The notes under the pieces are model-generated. The model was not told the DNA's origin. It did no database searches and saw only the letters and a program-made list of their open reading frames with translations. The translations under genes were made by a program, and so were the position numbers. Positions 43,939 through 52,830 of a DNA stretch of 64,000 bases are shown here, in pieces. Position 1 is the stretch's first letter, and every line of letters begins with the position of its first letter. Source of the stretch: Candidatus Methylomirabilia bacterium (lineage in GTDB: Bacteria > Methylomirabilota > Methylomirabilia > Rokubacteriales > CSP1-6); assembly GCA_041499965.1 (NCBI GenBank), contig JBGQLG010000001.1, forward strand, positions 2,672-66,671. Direction: 5' to 3'.

Positions 43939-46181
43939 GCCACGGTGATCTCGGCCTCGCGACTGAAGTCGCAGCCCTCGCGCCAGCAGCGCTGCACGCG
44001 CCGCCCCCGCGCGACCCGCTCGGTGAGGAACGGCGCCGCGCACTTCGGGCACGGCTCGGCCACCGGGCGCTGCCACAGCACGAACTTGCAGTCGGGATAG
44101 GCCGAGCAGCTGAAGAACGTGCGGCCCTTCCGGGAGCGGCGCTCGGCGATCTGGCCCTTCTCGCACTCCGGGCACGGGATGCCGAGCGTCACCGGCTTGG
44201 TCGTCTTGCACTCCGGGTAGCCCGAGCACGCGATGAACTTGCCAAAGCGGCCGTGCTTGATGACCATCGGCCGCGCACAGGTCGGGCAGATCTCGTCGGT
44301 CGGCTGGTCCTCGGCCCGCTCGCTGCCGGGCAGGTTGCGCTTGTACTTGCAGTCGGGATAGTTCGAGCACGCGATGAACTTGCCGAAGCGACCGCGGCGC
44401 TCGATGAGGTCGGCGCCGTCCTGGGGGCACGCCTCGCCGATGGGGACGCCGGCCTTCTCGCTGCCCATCTCCTTCTTGGCCCGGGCCAGGTCGCGCTTGA
44501 AGGGCTCGTAGAACTCCTTCACCGTCTCGACCCAGCCCAGCGCGCCCTCCTCGACCTTGTCGAGGTGGTCCTCCATCTGAGCCGTGAAGCCCACGTCCAT
44601 GATGTCGCCGAAGAACGGCATCAGCTTGTCGGTCACCGCCATGCCGAGCTCGCTCGGGAACAGCGTGCGGCGCTCGCGATGCACGTAGCCGCGGTCGTTG
44701 ATGATGGTGCCCAGGATCGACGCGTAGGTCGACGGCCGGCCGATCCCCAGCTCCTCCAGCACCTTGATGAGCGAGGCCTCGGTGAAGCGGGGGGGCGGTT
44801 GGGTGAAGTGCTGCTTGGGATCGAGACCCAGCAGCGCCAGCACCTCGCCCTCCTCCAGCGGCGGCACCGCGCTCTCGGCGTCCTCGTCGGCGGCCGTGTC
44901 CTCTTCCTCGCGGCTCTCGACGTAGACCGCGGTGAACCCCTTGAACTTCAGCGTCTGGCCCTGGGCGCGAAAGACGGTGTTGCCGGCGGTGATATCGGCG
45001 GCGACGGTGTCGAACACGGCCGGCATGAGCTGGCTGGCCATGAAGCGCTCCCAGATGAGCCGGTAGAGCGCGAGCTGATCCTTGGTGAGAACGCTCGCCA
45101 CGCTGCGGGGGTCGCGCCGCACGTCGGAGGGCCGGATGGCCTCGTGGGCTTCCTGGGCGCTGCCGCGCGACTTGTAGGCCGGCGGCGTCTGCGGCACGTA
45201 CTCACCGCCGATCCGCTCACTCGCCCACTGCCGGGCTTCCTGCTGCGCCTCCGCCGCCACTCGCACCGAGTCGGTCCTCATGTACGTGATGAAACCGACC
45301 GGCCCCTCGCCGCCCACCTCGATGCCCTCGTAGAGCTGCTGGGCCACCGTCATGGTCTTCTTGGCGGAGAAGCCGAGCGTGCGGCCGGCATCCTGCTGCA
45401 GCGTGGAGGTGATGAACGGCGGCGCCGGGTTGCGCTTGCGCTCGCCCCGGGTCACGCTGCGCACGACGAAGCGTGCGCCCTCCAGGGCATCGACCAGCCC
45501 GTGCGTCGCCTCGCCGGTGGTCAGGGCCGCCTTCTCGCCGGCGACCTCGCGCAGCGTGGCCATGAACTCGGGCGGCAGCTTGGCCTTCAGCCGCGCGTGC
45601 AGCGTCCAGTACTCGACCGGGTTGAACGCCTGGATCTCGCGCTCGCGGTCGACGATCAGCCGCACCGCCACCGACTGCACGCGTCCGGCCGACAGGCCGC
45701 GCTGGACCTTGTCCCACAGCAGTGGTGACAGGCTGTAGCCGACGAGACGGTCGAGCACGCGCCGGGCCTGCTGGGCGTCGACCTTCTTGAGGTCGATCCG
45801 ACCCGGCTTGGTGAAGGCGGCCTTCACCGCCCGCTCGGTGATCTCGTTGAAGGTGATGCGGTAGATGTTCTTCTTCTGGATCGGCAGCTCCTGGGCCAGG
45901 TGCCAGCCGATGGCCTCGCCCTCGCGGTCGGGGTCGGTGGCCACGTAGAGCGTATCGGTCTTCTCCGCGGCCCTGACCAGGTCGTCGAGGATCTTCTTCT
46001 TGGTCGGCGTGACGACGTACTTCGGCTTGAAGTTTTTCTTGGGGTCCACGCCCAGCTGAGACTTGGGGAGGTCGCGGACGTGGCCCATCGACGCCTTGAC
46101 GACGTACTTGCCATCCAGGTACTTCGCGATCGTCTTCACCTTGGTCGGGGACTCGACCACCACCAGGGGGCGCTTGGCCAC
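43935..46181 (-). CDS. topA: DNA topoisomerase I
   Basis: TOPRIM domain plus type IA core and four C-terminal CxxC...CxxC zinc ribbons. Confidence 0.95.
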   Translation of the reverse strand: MAKRPLVVVESPTKVKTIAKYLDGKYVVKASMGHVRDLPKSQLGVDPKKNFKPKYVVTPTKKKILDDLVRAAEKTDTLYVATDPDREGEAIGWHLAQELPIQKKNIYRITFNEITERAVKAAFTKPGRIDLKKVDAQQARRVLDRLVGYSLSPLLWDKVQRGLSAGRVQSVAVRLIVDREREIQAFNPVEYWTLHARLKAKLPPEFMATLREVAGEKAALTTGEATHGLVDALEGARFVVRSVTRGERKRNPAPPFITSTLQQDAGRTLGFSAKKTMTVAQQLYEGIEVGGEGPVGFITYMRTDSVRVAAEAQQEARQWASERIGGEYVPQTPPAYKSRGSAQEAHEAIRPSDVRRDPRSVASVLTKDQLALYRLIWERFMASQLMPAVFDTVAADITAGNTVFRAQGQTLKFKGFTAVYVESREEEDTAADEDAESAVPPLEEGEVLALLGLDPKQHFTQPPPRFTEASLIKVLEELGIGRPSTYASILGTIINDRGYVHRERRTLFPSELGMAVTDKLMPFFGDIMDVGFTAQMEDHLDKVEEGALGWVETVKEFYEPFKRDLARAKKEMGSEKAGVPIGEACPQDGADLIERRGRFGKFIACSNYPDCKYKRNLPGSERAEDQPTDEICPTCARPMVIKHGRFGKFIACSGYPECKTTKPVTLGIPCPECEKGQIAERRSRKGRTFFSCSAYPDCKFVLWQRPVAEPCPKCAAPFLTERVARGRRVQRCWREGCDFSREAEITVA

Positions 46182-47086
46182 TACGCTCTCCTCGCCCGTG
46201 CCGCGGTCGCCACCCAGCGCTGGCCGACGAGCTGCCGGGCGTGACCCGCCAGCTCGAGAGCGATCAGCGCCGTGCCCGCCCGCGCGGCGTCCACACCCGC
46301 CCGAGCGATCAATCGCTCGATGTGCTGCGCCTCGTCCACGCTCAACAGCTCCAGCATGCTCGCTTCGTCACTCCCCGGCGCCGGCCGCGACGTGTGATCA
46401 CCGCTCGTCGGCGCGCCCTCGATCGCACGGCGCCACGATTCCCCGAGCTCGGCCGCGATGTCGCTCCAGTGCCCGACTAGTCTAGCACCGTCCCGGATGA
46501 GGGCATTCGTTCCCCGGCTGGTGGCGGAGGTAATTCGGCCTGGAACGGCAAAGACTTCCCGGCCCAGGTCGCCGGCCAGTCCGGCGGTGATCAGAGCGCC
46601 GCTACGCTCGGCCGCCTCCACCACCACCACCCCGAGGACGAGCCCGGCCAGCGTGCGGTTGCGCAAGGGGAAGTGATGGGCGAGCGCCCCGATCGTGCGC
46701 GGAAACTGCGAGAGCAGCGCGCCCCGCGCCGCGATGGCCTCGGCCAGGGCGCGATTCTCCGGCGGATACACGTGGGCGATGCCGTGACCGAGCACCGCCA
46801 GCGTGCGGCCGCCGGCCTCGAGCGCGCCGCGATGGGCGGCGGTGTCGATGCCCCGGGCCAGGCCGCTGACGATCGTCACGCCGCGCGCGGCCAGGTCGGC
46901 GGCCAGCATGCCCGCCACCTCGATCCCGTACGCGGTGGCCTGGCGGGAGCCCACGATGGCGATCGCCAGGGCGTCGCCGGGCTCGAGCCCGCCACGCACG
47001 TCGAGCTCGGGAGGGGTCGGAATCGAGGCGAGCAGCACGGGATAACCCGGGTCGCTCGGGATCAGATGGTCGACGCGTGTGTCCAT
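46181..47086 (-). CDS. dprA: DNA-processing protein DprA (short form, no N-terminal SAM-like domain)
   Basis: Rossmann-like DprA core (VGSRQAT.YG, SGLARGID, FPLRNR) plus a C-terminal winged-helix-like tail. Confidence 0.85.
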   Translation of the reverse strand: MDTRVDHLIPSDPGYPVLLASIPTPPELDVRGGLEPGDALAIAIVGSRQATAYGIEVAGMLAADLAARGVTIVSGLARGIDTAAHRGALEAGGRTLAVLGHGIAHVYPPENRALAEAIAARGALLSQFPRTIGALAHHFPLRNRTLAGLVLGVVVVEAAERSGALITAGLAGDLGREVFAVPGRITSATSRGTNALIRDGARLVGHWSDIAAELGESWRRAIEGAPTSGDHTSRPAPGSDEASMLELLSVDEAQHIERLIARAGVDAARAGTALIALELAGHARQLVGQRWVATAARARRA

Positions 47087-47152
47087 AGCTTGGCGGAGGG
47101 CGCAGTATAGCGGCGGCGCCGAGTGCCGCCAATGTCTCCGATCGCAGACGCC

Positions 47153-48043
47153 TCAGTGCCGGCTGGCGCCCGCCTCCGGCCGCAAGAAGGCGTGCGCCTT
47201 CACCGCGGCCTCGCTCTGCGGGAACTCGTGGACCACGCGCTGCCACGTCTGCCGGGCGTGCGCCTCGTCGCGCAGGTTGCGCTGGCAGAGCCCGATCTTG
47301 AGGAGCGCGTCCGCCGCCTTGGCCGAGGCGGGCGCGAGCGTGGAGACCTTCTGAAACTCCGCCATGGCCTGGCGGTAGTCGCGTTGCACGTAGTAGGCCT
47401 CGCCGATCCAGTACTGCGCGTTGGCCACCAGGGCGTGGCCCGGATACTTCGCCATGAAGTCCAGGAAGTCGAGCACCGCCTGGCCATGCTCGCGGGCGCG
47501 GAACGTCGAGAGCGCGGCGGCGTACGCCTGCTCGGGCGTCTGCCCGCGCGCCAGCGGCTCTCGCGGCCGCTGAGGCCGTGGCATGGTCGGTGCGGCCGGC
47601 GCGGCCTGGGCTGGTGTGGTCGGGGCCGATGGCGGCGGGGTTACGGGCGTGATCGGCGGCGCCGCCGGCGGTGGTGTGGCCAGCGCCTTGGCCGCGCGCG
47701 CCTCCGCTTCGGCCGCCTCCACGCGTGCGCGCAAGCGGGCGATCTCCTCGCGGTCTTCCTTCAGAGCGGTCTGGGTCTCGGCGCTGCGCACCTGGAGGGT
47801 CCGGTTCTCGGCGGCCACGCGCGCGAGCTGATGCGTGGTCGCCTCGTGAGCCTGGCGGAGCTCGGTCAGCTCCGTGCGCGTCGCGGCGAGCTCGGTGCGG
47901 ACCCGCTGGACCGATGAACGCGAGGCACACCCCATCCCGAGAGGGACGAGGACGGCCAGAACCAGCAGTCCCGGCAGCCGGATGGACCCTGAAGCTACGT
48001 CCGAGCTCCTGTCATGGAAGCTCCCGTAACACGATGACTTCAA
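47153..48043 (-). CDS. cpoB: Tol-Pal system protein CpoB/YbgF-like (coiled coil + Pro-rich linker + TPR)
   Basis: C-terminal YbgF TPR region (NAQYWIGEAYY, ALLKIGLC). No start downstream of the moeA stop precedes the signal peptide. TTG 48043 (GGAGGAG upstream) and the track start 48094 both overlap moeA. Confidence 0.75.
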   Translation of the reverse strand: MKSSCYGSFHDRSSDVASGSIRLPGLLVLAVLVPLGMGCASRSSVQRVRTELAATRTELTELRQAHEATTHQLARVAAENRTLQVRSAETQTALKEDREEIARLRARVEAAEAEARAAKALATPPPAAPPITPVTPPPSAPTTPAQAAPAAPTMPRPQRPREPLARGQTPEQAYAAALSTFRAREHGQAVLDFLDFMAKYPGHALVANAQYWIGEAYYVQRDYRQAMAEFQKVSTLAPASAKAADALLKIGLCQRNLRDEAHARQTWQRVVHEFPQSEAAVKAHAFLRPEAGASRH

Positions 48044-49208
48044 GATCTCCTCCAGCCGGCACCACGGTGTCGGGAGGAACGACGGCGAGACCATCGGCCA
48101 TGACCATCGAGCGAAGGATTGCCGAGCCTTGCTCCCCCGTCAGCCGGGCCCCCAGACCCGAGCCGGTCGGCTCGAGCTGCACGCGCAGATAGCCGCGCCG
48201 AGAGCCCGGGTTCGGTACGGGCGCCAGCGCCCGCACGCGCAGGCGCGGGCGCGTCAGCCGCTGGCGGCCGGCCATCTTGAGCAGCGCGGGGCGAACGAAC
48301 AGCTCGAACGTCACCATCGCGGAGACGGGGTTGCCGGGCAGTCCGAAGACCGGCCGGCCGTCGAGCGAGCCGAAGGTGATGGGCTTGCCCGGTCGCATCG
48401 AGACCTGCCACAGATGCATCTCGGCTCCCGCCCGCATCAGTGCCTCGCGCACCAGGTCGAGCTCGCCCACGGAGACGCCGGCAGAGGAGACCAGGACGTC
48501 GGCGTCGCGGGCGGCGCGCAGGCGCTCGTCGATGGCCTCCAGGCGGTCGCGGGCCACGCCGAGCGAGAGCGGCTCGCCGCCCGCTTCGATCACCTGGGCC
48601 ATCAACGTGTACGTATTGGTGTTCGGAATCTGGCCAGGGCCGGGCTCGGTACCGAGATCAGCCAGCTCGTTGCCGGTCGACAGGATGGCGACGCGCGGCC
48701 GGCGATAGACCCGAACCTGCCCGTAACCGAGCGTGGCCAGCAGGCCAATTTCGGCCGCGGTGAGGAGCCGGCCGGGATCGAGCACGCGATCGCCGACGCG
48801 CACGTCCTCACCGCGCGGGCGCACGTAGGCCGCCGGCGCTGCCGTCGCCCGCAAGGCAATGCGTCCCTCGCCGGCGTCCACGTCCTCCTGCGGCACGACG
48901 GTGTCGGCGCCGTCCGGCAGGGGGGCGCCCGTGAAGATGCGCATGGCCTCGCCGCGTCCGACCACGCGCAACGGCAGGCCCCCGGCCTCCACGCGGCCGA
49001 CCACGGCGAGCGCGACGCCCTGAGCCGTGTCCTCGGCGCGGACCGCGTAGCCGTCCATCGACGAGTTCGGCCACGGCGGGATCTCACGCTGCGACACCAC
49101 CGGCTCGGCCAGCACGCGCCCCAGCGCACCGAGCACGTCAACCCGCTCGGTCCCCAGCCGCGGAATGCGAGCGAGAATCGACGCGAGCGCCGCTTCCACC
49201 GTCAGCAT
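48012..49208 (-). CDS. moeA: Molybdopterin molybdotransferase MoeA
   Basis: Full-length MoeA pattern (MDGYA, STGNEL, SGGVSVG-like, GLPGNPVS). Confidence 0.9.
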   Translation of the reverse strand: MLTVEAALASILARIPRLGTERVDVLGALGRVLAEPVVSQREIPPWPNSSMDGYAVRAEDTAQGVALAVVGRVEAGGLPLRVVGRGEAMRIFTGAPLPDGADTVVPQEDVDAGEGRIALRATAAPAAYVRPRGEDVRVGDRVLDPGRLLTAAEIGLLATLGYGQVRVYRRPRVAILSTGNELADLGTEPGPGQIPNTNTYTLMAQVIEAGGEPLSLGVARDRLEAIDERLRAARDADVLVSSAGVSVGELDLVREALMRAGAEMHLWQVSMRPGKPITFGSLDGRPVFGLPGNPVSAMVTFELFVRPALLKMAGRQRLTRPRLRVRALAPVPNPGSRRGYLRVQLEPTGSGLGARLTGEQGSAILRSMVMADGLAVVPPDTVVPAGGDLEVIVLRELP

Positions 49209-49303
49209 GCGGCCCCTACTCTACACCGCCGCCGGATCGTGTTGTGGCCGTCCTGACGCCGCGGCCCACCACACGGATGGGGATCGTCGCGTTCGCAGGG
49301 CGG

Positions 49304-49335
49304 GGCGACGAGCGTCGCCAGGGGGCGACGCCCCC
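49304..49335 (-). terminator. Two adjacent GC-rich hairpins immediately downstream of actF
   Basis: GGCGAC-gagc-GTCGCC (49304-49319) and GGGGGC-gac-GCCCCC (49321-49335); no U-tract. Confidence 0.3.
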
Positions 49336-49342
49336 CGCGAGC

Positions 49343-50443
49343 TCAATGACCGGTGTGCGGCAGATTCAAGACGGGCTTGTAGCGCCCCATGAACACCCGG
49401 CGGCTGAGGGCGAACAGCGCGAGGAAGCCGATGGTGATCGCCAGGTCGCGCGCGCCGAGCGGCAGCGGATTGCTGGCCGACACCGAGGGAAACACGACCA
49501 GCACGCGCTCGAGGAAGATCGCGATGAGGCCGAACAGCGCGATGACGAAGAGCGGCGCGTGGCGCTGGGGCGGCCGCCCGGTCAGGCGCTTGAGCAGGTA
49601 CACGAAGGGGATCAGCCAGCCCACGATGAGCACCACCCAGGCCAGCGTCTGCCACGGCTGCACGAAGAAGCGCCGCACGAAGAAGCGCGTCTCCACCGGC
49701 ACGTTGCCGTACCAGATCACGAGGTACTGCGACCAGAAGAAGTACATCCACATGATGGACATCGTGAACTGCAGCTTGGCCACGTCCTGGACGGCCGCCG
49801 GCGGGATCGAGGCCACGCCGCGGGCGTTGGCGCGGATCGTCAGGATCGAGAGCAGGCAGAACGCCGTGTACAACGTGCTCACGGCGAAGTACCCGCCGAA
49901 CAGGCCGCTGTACCAGATGGGATCGAGCGCCATGACGAGGTCGTAGCCCCAGAGCGACACCGAGATCAGCCACAGGAACAGGACGATGACCGCCAGGCGA
50001 TTGCGCCGGGCCCCGTCGCGCGCGTCGTCGGGCGGCACCGAGTCGCGCAGGAGCATGCCCGCGAACGCGTAGCAGGTCAGGAAGAGCACGAGGGCCAGGC
50101 CCAGGGTGCGCCCGAAGAAGAACGGGACGTTCAGCCAGACGGCCTTCACCGCCACCGGCTCGGCCACCCACGGGTAGAGCACCGTGCGGCCCGCGAACAG
50201 GATCGCCATCAGCACGAAGGCCACGGGCAGGAAGCCGATCGTGGTGACCGCGAGCCGGCGCACGCTCGGCGACCAGCGGGCCTCGGTGAGCTGCATCATG
50301 GCGGCGATGGCCGGCCCGGTCACCGCCAGCCCCGACCAGAACACGAGGTTGACGAGATACATCGACCAGGCCCGGGTGCCGTCGGGTGCCGTCACGAACG
50401 CCAGCGCCCCCCCCACCGCCAGCACGAGCCAGAAGGCCGTCAT
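49343..50443 (-). CDS. actF: Alternative Complex III subunit ActF (NrfD-like membrane subunit)
   Basis: Polytopic membrane protein, paralogous in character to ActC, last gene of the act string. Confidence 0.8.
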   Translation of the reverse strand: MTAFWLVLAVGGALAFVTAPDGTRAWSMYLVNLVFWSGLAVTGPAIAAMMQLTEARWSPSVRRLAVTTIGFLPVAFVLMAILFAGRTVLYPWVAEPVAVKAVWLNVPFFFGRTLGLALVLFLTCYAFAGMLLRDSVPPDDARDGARRNRLAVIVLFLWLISVSLWGYDLVMALDPIWYSGLFGGYFAVSTLYTAFCLLSILTIRANARGVASIPPAAVQDVAKLQFTMSIMWMYFFWSQYLVIWYGNVPVETRFFVRRFFVQPWQTLAWVVLIVGWLIPFVYLLKRLTGRPPQRHAPLFVIALFGLIAIFLERVLVVFPSVSASNPLPLGARDLAITIGFLALFALSRRVFMGRYKPVLNLPHTGH

Positions 50444-50946
50444 TTCTGGGCCAGCGAGCGGAGGTAGTTCACGAGGTGCCAGGCCTCCTGGGAGGACAGG
50501 GCCTCGCCGTAGGCGGGCATCACGGCGCCGCCGACCACGATGTAGCTGTGCCAGTAGCCGTCGGTGCGCTGCCGCTGCAGCTCGGGGTTCGTGAGATCCG
50601 GCGTCGGGATGAACTTCGTCGCGACGGGGCCGGTCGTGCCGCCCTTGGCTTCGGGCCCGTGGCAGGGCGTGCAGAAGGTCTGGAAGTGCTGGCGGCCCTG
50701 GGTCACCGAGGACTCCGTGGCCTTGATCGGGTTCGGTATCTTGGTGGCCAGCTCTCGCTGCTCCTTGGGAATCACCAGGGACGCGCCCCGCGCCACCACG
50801 CCGCTGGGCATGGAGAACGTGCGCTCGCCGGGCAGGATGCGCGGGGTCTGCGTCATGTTGTCGACGAAGCGGATCACCACCACCCCGCCCAGCAGCGCGC
50901 CGGCCGCCCCGATGATCAGCAGCACCAGGATGAACACGTACTTCAC
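50440..50946 (-). CDS. actE: Alternative Complex III subunit ActE (monoheme cytochrome c)
   Basis: N-terminal TM anchor plus a single CTPCH heme motif; GTGA overlap with the actD stop. Confidence 0.8.
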   Translation of the reverse strand: MKYVFILVLLIIGAAGALLGGVVVIRFVDNMTQTPRILPGERTFSMPSGVVARGASLVIPKEQRELATKIPNPIKATESSVTQGRQHFQTFCTPCHGPEAKGGTTGPVATKFIPTPDLTNPELQRQRTDGYWHSYIVVGGAVMPAYGEALSSQEAWHLVNYLRSLAQK

Positions 50947-51464
50947 GCGCGGACCTCCTCGGCGCCGGCGCCGCGGAGAATCTCGCGCACCGAGGCCGAC
51001 CGCTCGGCCGCGCAGTGGACGGCCACGCCGAAGCGGTCGTTGGTGAATCGCACGTCGTAGCTCGGCGAGGTCCGGAGCTGCGGCAGGCGTCCCAGCGTCA
51101 CCAGGCCGATCAGCGTCGCGATGCCACCGAACAGGATCATCATCTCGAACATGATGACCACGTACGGTGGGCTCACCGGCAGGCCCATCGGCGGCTTGCC
51201 CCCGACCACGAGCCCCCACTTGAGCGAGGACCACGCCGTCAGGATCCAGCCCGAGGCGAGTCCGGTGAGCCCGCCCAGGAGCGTGAACAGGCGGACCTTG
51301 CTCACCGGCCGATCACGGTCGACCACGTCTTCGATCTCGTGCACGGGCACCGGCGAGTACACGGTGAGGTCGTGGTAGCCCTTGGCCCGGAGCTCCTCGA
51401 GGGCCCGCACCGTCGTGTCGACGTGGGCGAAGACGCCGAGGATCGTCTCAGTGGTGGCCGCCAT
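50943..51464 (-). CDS. actD: Alternative Complex III subunit ActD (DUF3341)
   Basis: DUF3341-like N-terminus (ILGVFAHVDTTVRALEELR) plus two TM helices. Confidence 0.8.
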   Translation of the reverse strand: MAATTETILGVFAHVDTTVRALEELRAKGYHDLTVYSPVPVHEIEDVVDRDRPVSKVRLFTLLGGLTGLASGWILTAWSSLKWGLVVGGKPPMGLPVSPPYVVIMFEMMILFGGIATLIGLVTLGRLPQLRTSPSYDVRFTNDRFGVAVHCAAERSASVREILRGAGAEEVRA

Positions 51465-52830
51465 GCCTCGTGTCCTTCATCGGCGCCGGGAGCGTCTCCT
51501 TCACCTCGACGATCGACAGCGACGGCATGAGCTTGATGAAGCCGAGGAAGAGCAGGAAGAACCAGGCGAAGCTGCCCACGATGATGGTGGAGTCGGTGAT
51601 CGTCGGCACGTAGATGCCCCAGGTGGCCGGGTAGAAGTCGTGGCCCAAGGAAGGAACGATGATGTTGAAGCGCTCGAACCACATCCCGATGAGGACGAGG
51701 ATCGACACGATATACAGGATCACCGTGTTCGTCCGGGCCGGCTTCCAGAACAGGATGAGCGGGGACACGCAATTGCAGAAGTACATCGTCGCCAGCGCCC
51801 ACCAGTAGGTCCCGGTCAGCCGCCAGAACAGCGAGGCCTTCTCGAAGTGGTCGCCGCTGTACCAGGAGGTGAACGCCTCGCAGGCGTAGAAGTACGTCAG
51901 CACCAGGCCGGTGACCAGGATGAGCTTGGCCATCATCTCCAGGTGGCGGTCGCGGATGTAGGCCTGCAGGCCGAAGAAGTGCCGCATCGGGAGCACCAAC
52001 ACCAGCACCATGGCGAAGCCCGAGAAGATCGCGCCGTCGACGAAGAACGGCGCGAACAGCGTGGAGTGCCAGCCGGGAACGAGGGCCATGGCGAAGTCCC
52101 ACGACACGACGCTGTGCACCGAGAGCACCAGCGGCGTGGCCAGGGCCGCGAACAGTCCGTAGGCGCGACGGTAGTGGCGCCACTGGCGGTCCGAGCCTTC
52201 CCAGCCGAGCGACAGCAGGGCGAACACGCGCCGGCGCCAGCCGGTCGAGGCGTCGCGCAGGGCGGCGATGTCGGGCACCAGGCCGACGATGAAGAAGACC
52301 GTGCTGATCGACAGGTAGGTGGAGATGGCGAACACGTCCCACACCAGCGGCGACTTGAAGTTCGGCCACAGGGAGCGCTGGTTCGGGTACGGCAGCAGGA
52401 AGTAGGCGAACCACATCCGGCCGGCGTGGATCAGCGGGAAGAGGCCGGCCGTGAGGACGGCGAAGATCGTCATCGCCTCGGCCGCCCGGTAGATCGACGT
52501 CCGCCAGCGCGCCCGGAACAGGTACAGCACGGCCGAGATCAGCGTGCCGGCGTGGCCGATGCCGATCCAGAACACGAACGTGGTGATGTACATCGCCCAC
52601 ATCTGCGGCGTGCGCTTGCCGGCCGCGCCCATGCCGAAGAAGATCTGGTAGGTCCAGGCCAGGATCCCGCAGGTGAGGAGGAGCCCGACGACGCACATCC
52701 AGGCGAAGTACATGTTGCCGGGCGGGCGCAGGGTGGCCAGGACGTCGCGGTTGACGTCGGCGAAGCTCGGCTCGGCGACGTGGGCGCCGCCGGCGATCGG
52801 CCGCGGGGCGCGGGGGTCCGCGTCGCTCAT
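51448..52830 (-). CDS. actC: Alternative Complex III subunit ActC (NrfD/PsrC-like quinol-interacting membrane subunit)
   Basis: About 10 TM segments, NrfD-family motifs; ATGA overlap with the actB stop. Confidence 0.85.
   Translation of the reverse strand: MSDADPRAPRPIAGGAHVAEPSFADVNRDVLATLRPPGNMYFAWMCVVGLLLTCGILAWTYQIFFGMGAAGKRTPQMWAMYITTFVFWIGIGHAGTLISAVLYLFRARWRTSIYRAAEAMTIFAVLTAGLFPLIHAGRMWFAYFLLPYPNQRSLWPNFKSPLVWDVFAISTYLSISTVFFIVGLVPDIAALRDASTGWRRRVFALLSLGWEGSDRQWRHYRRAYGLFAALATPLVLSVHSVVSWDFAMALVPGWHSTLFAPFFVDGAIFSGFAMVLVLVLPMRHFFGLQAYIRDRHLEMMAKLILVTGLVLTYFYACEAFTSWYSGDHFEKASLFWRLTGTYWWALATMYFCNCVSPLILFWKPARTNTVILYIVSILVLIGMWFERFNIIVPSLGHDFYPATWGIYVPTITDSTIIVGSFAWFFLLFLGFIKLMPSLSIVEVKETLPAPMKDTRHGGHH

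Noticed and set aside
43980-44420. Four tandem ~30-aa Cys-rich repeats at the topA 3' end
   Set aside because: These are the normal C-terminal zinc-ribbon repeats of bacterial topoisomerase I.
47565-47720. Apparent repeat or low-complexity DNA inside cpoB
   Set aside because: It encodes the Pro/Ala/Thr-rich linker (PPPAAPPITPVTPPPSAPTTPAQAAPAAP) typical of periplasmic coiled-coil/TPR proteins. It is not an independent repeat element.
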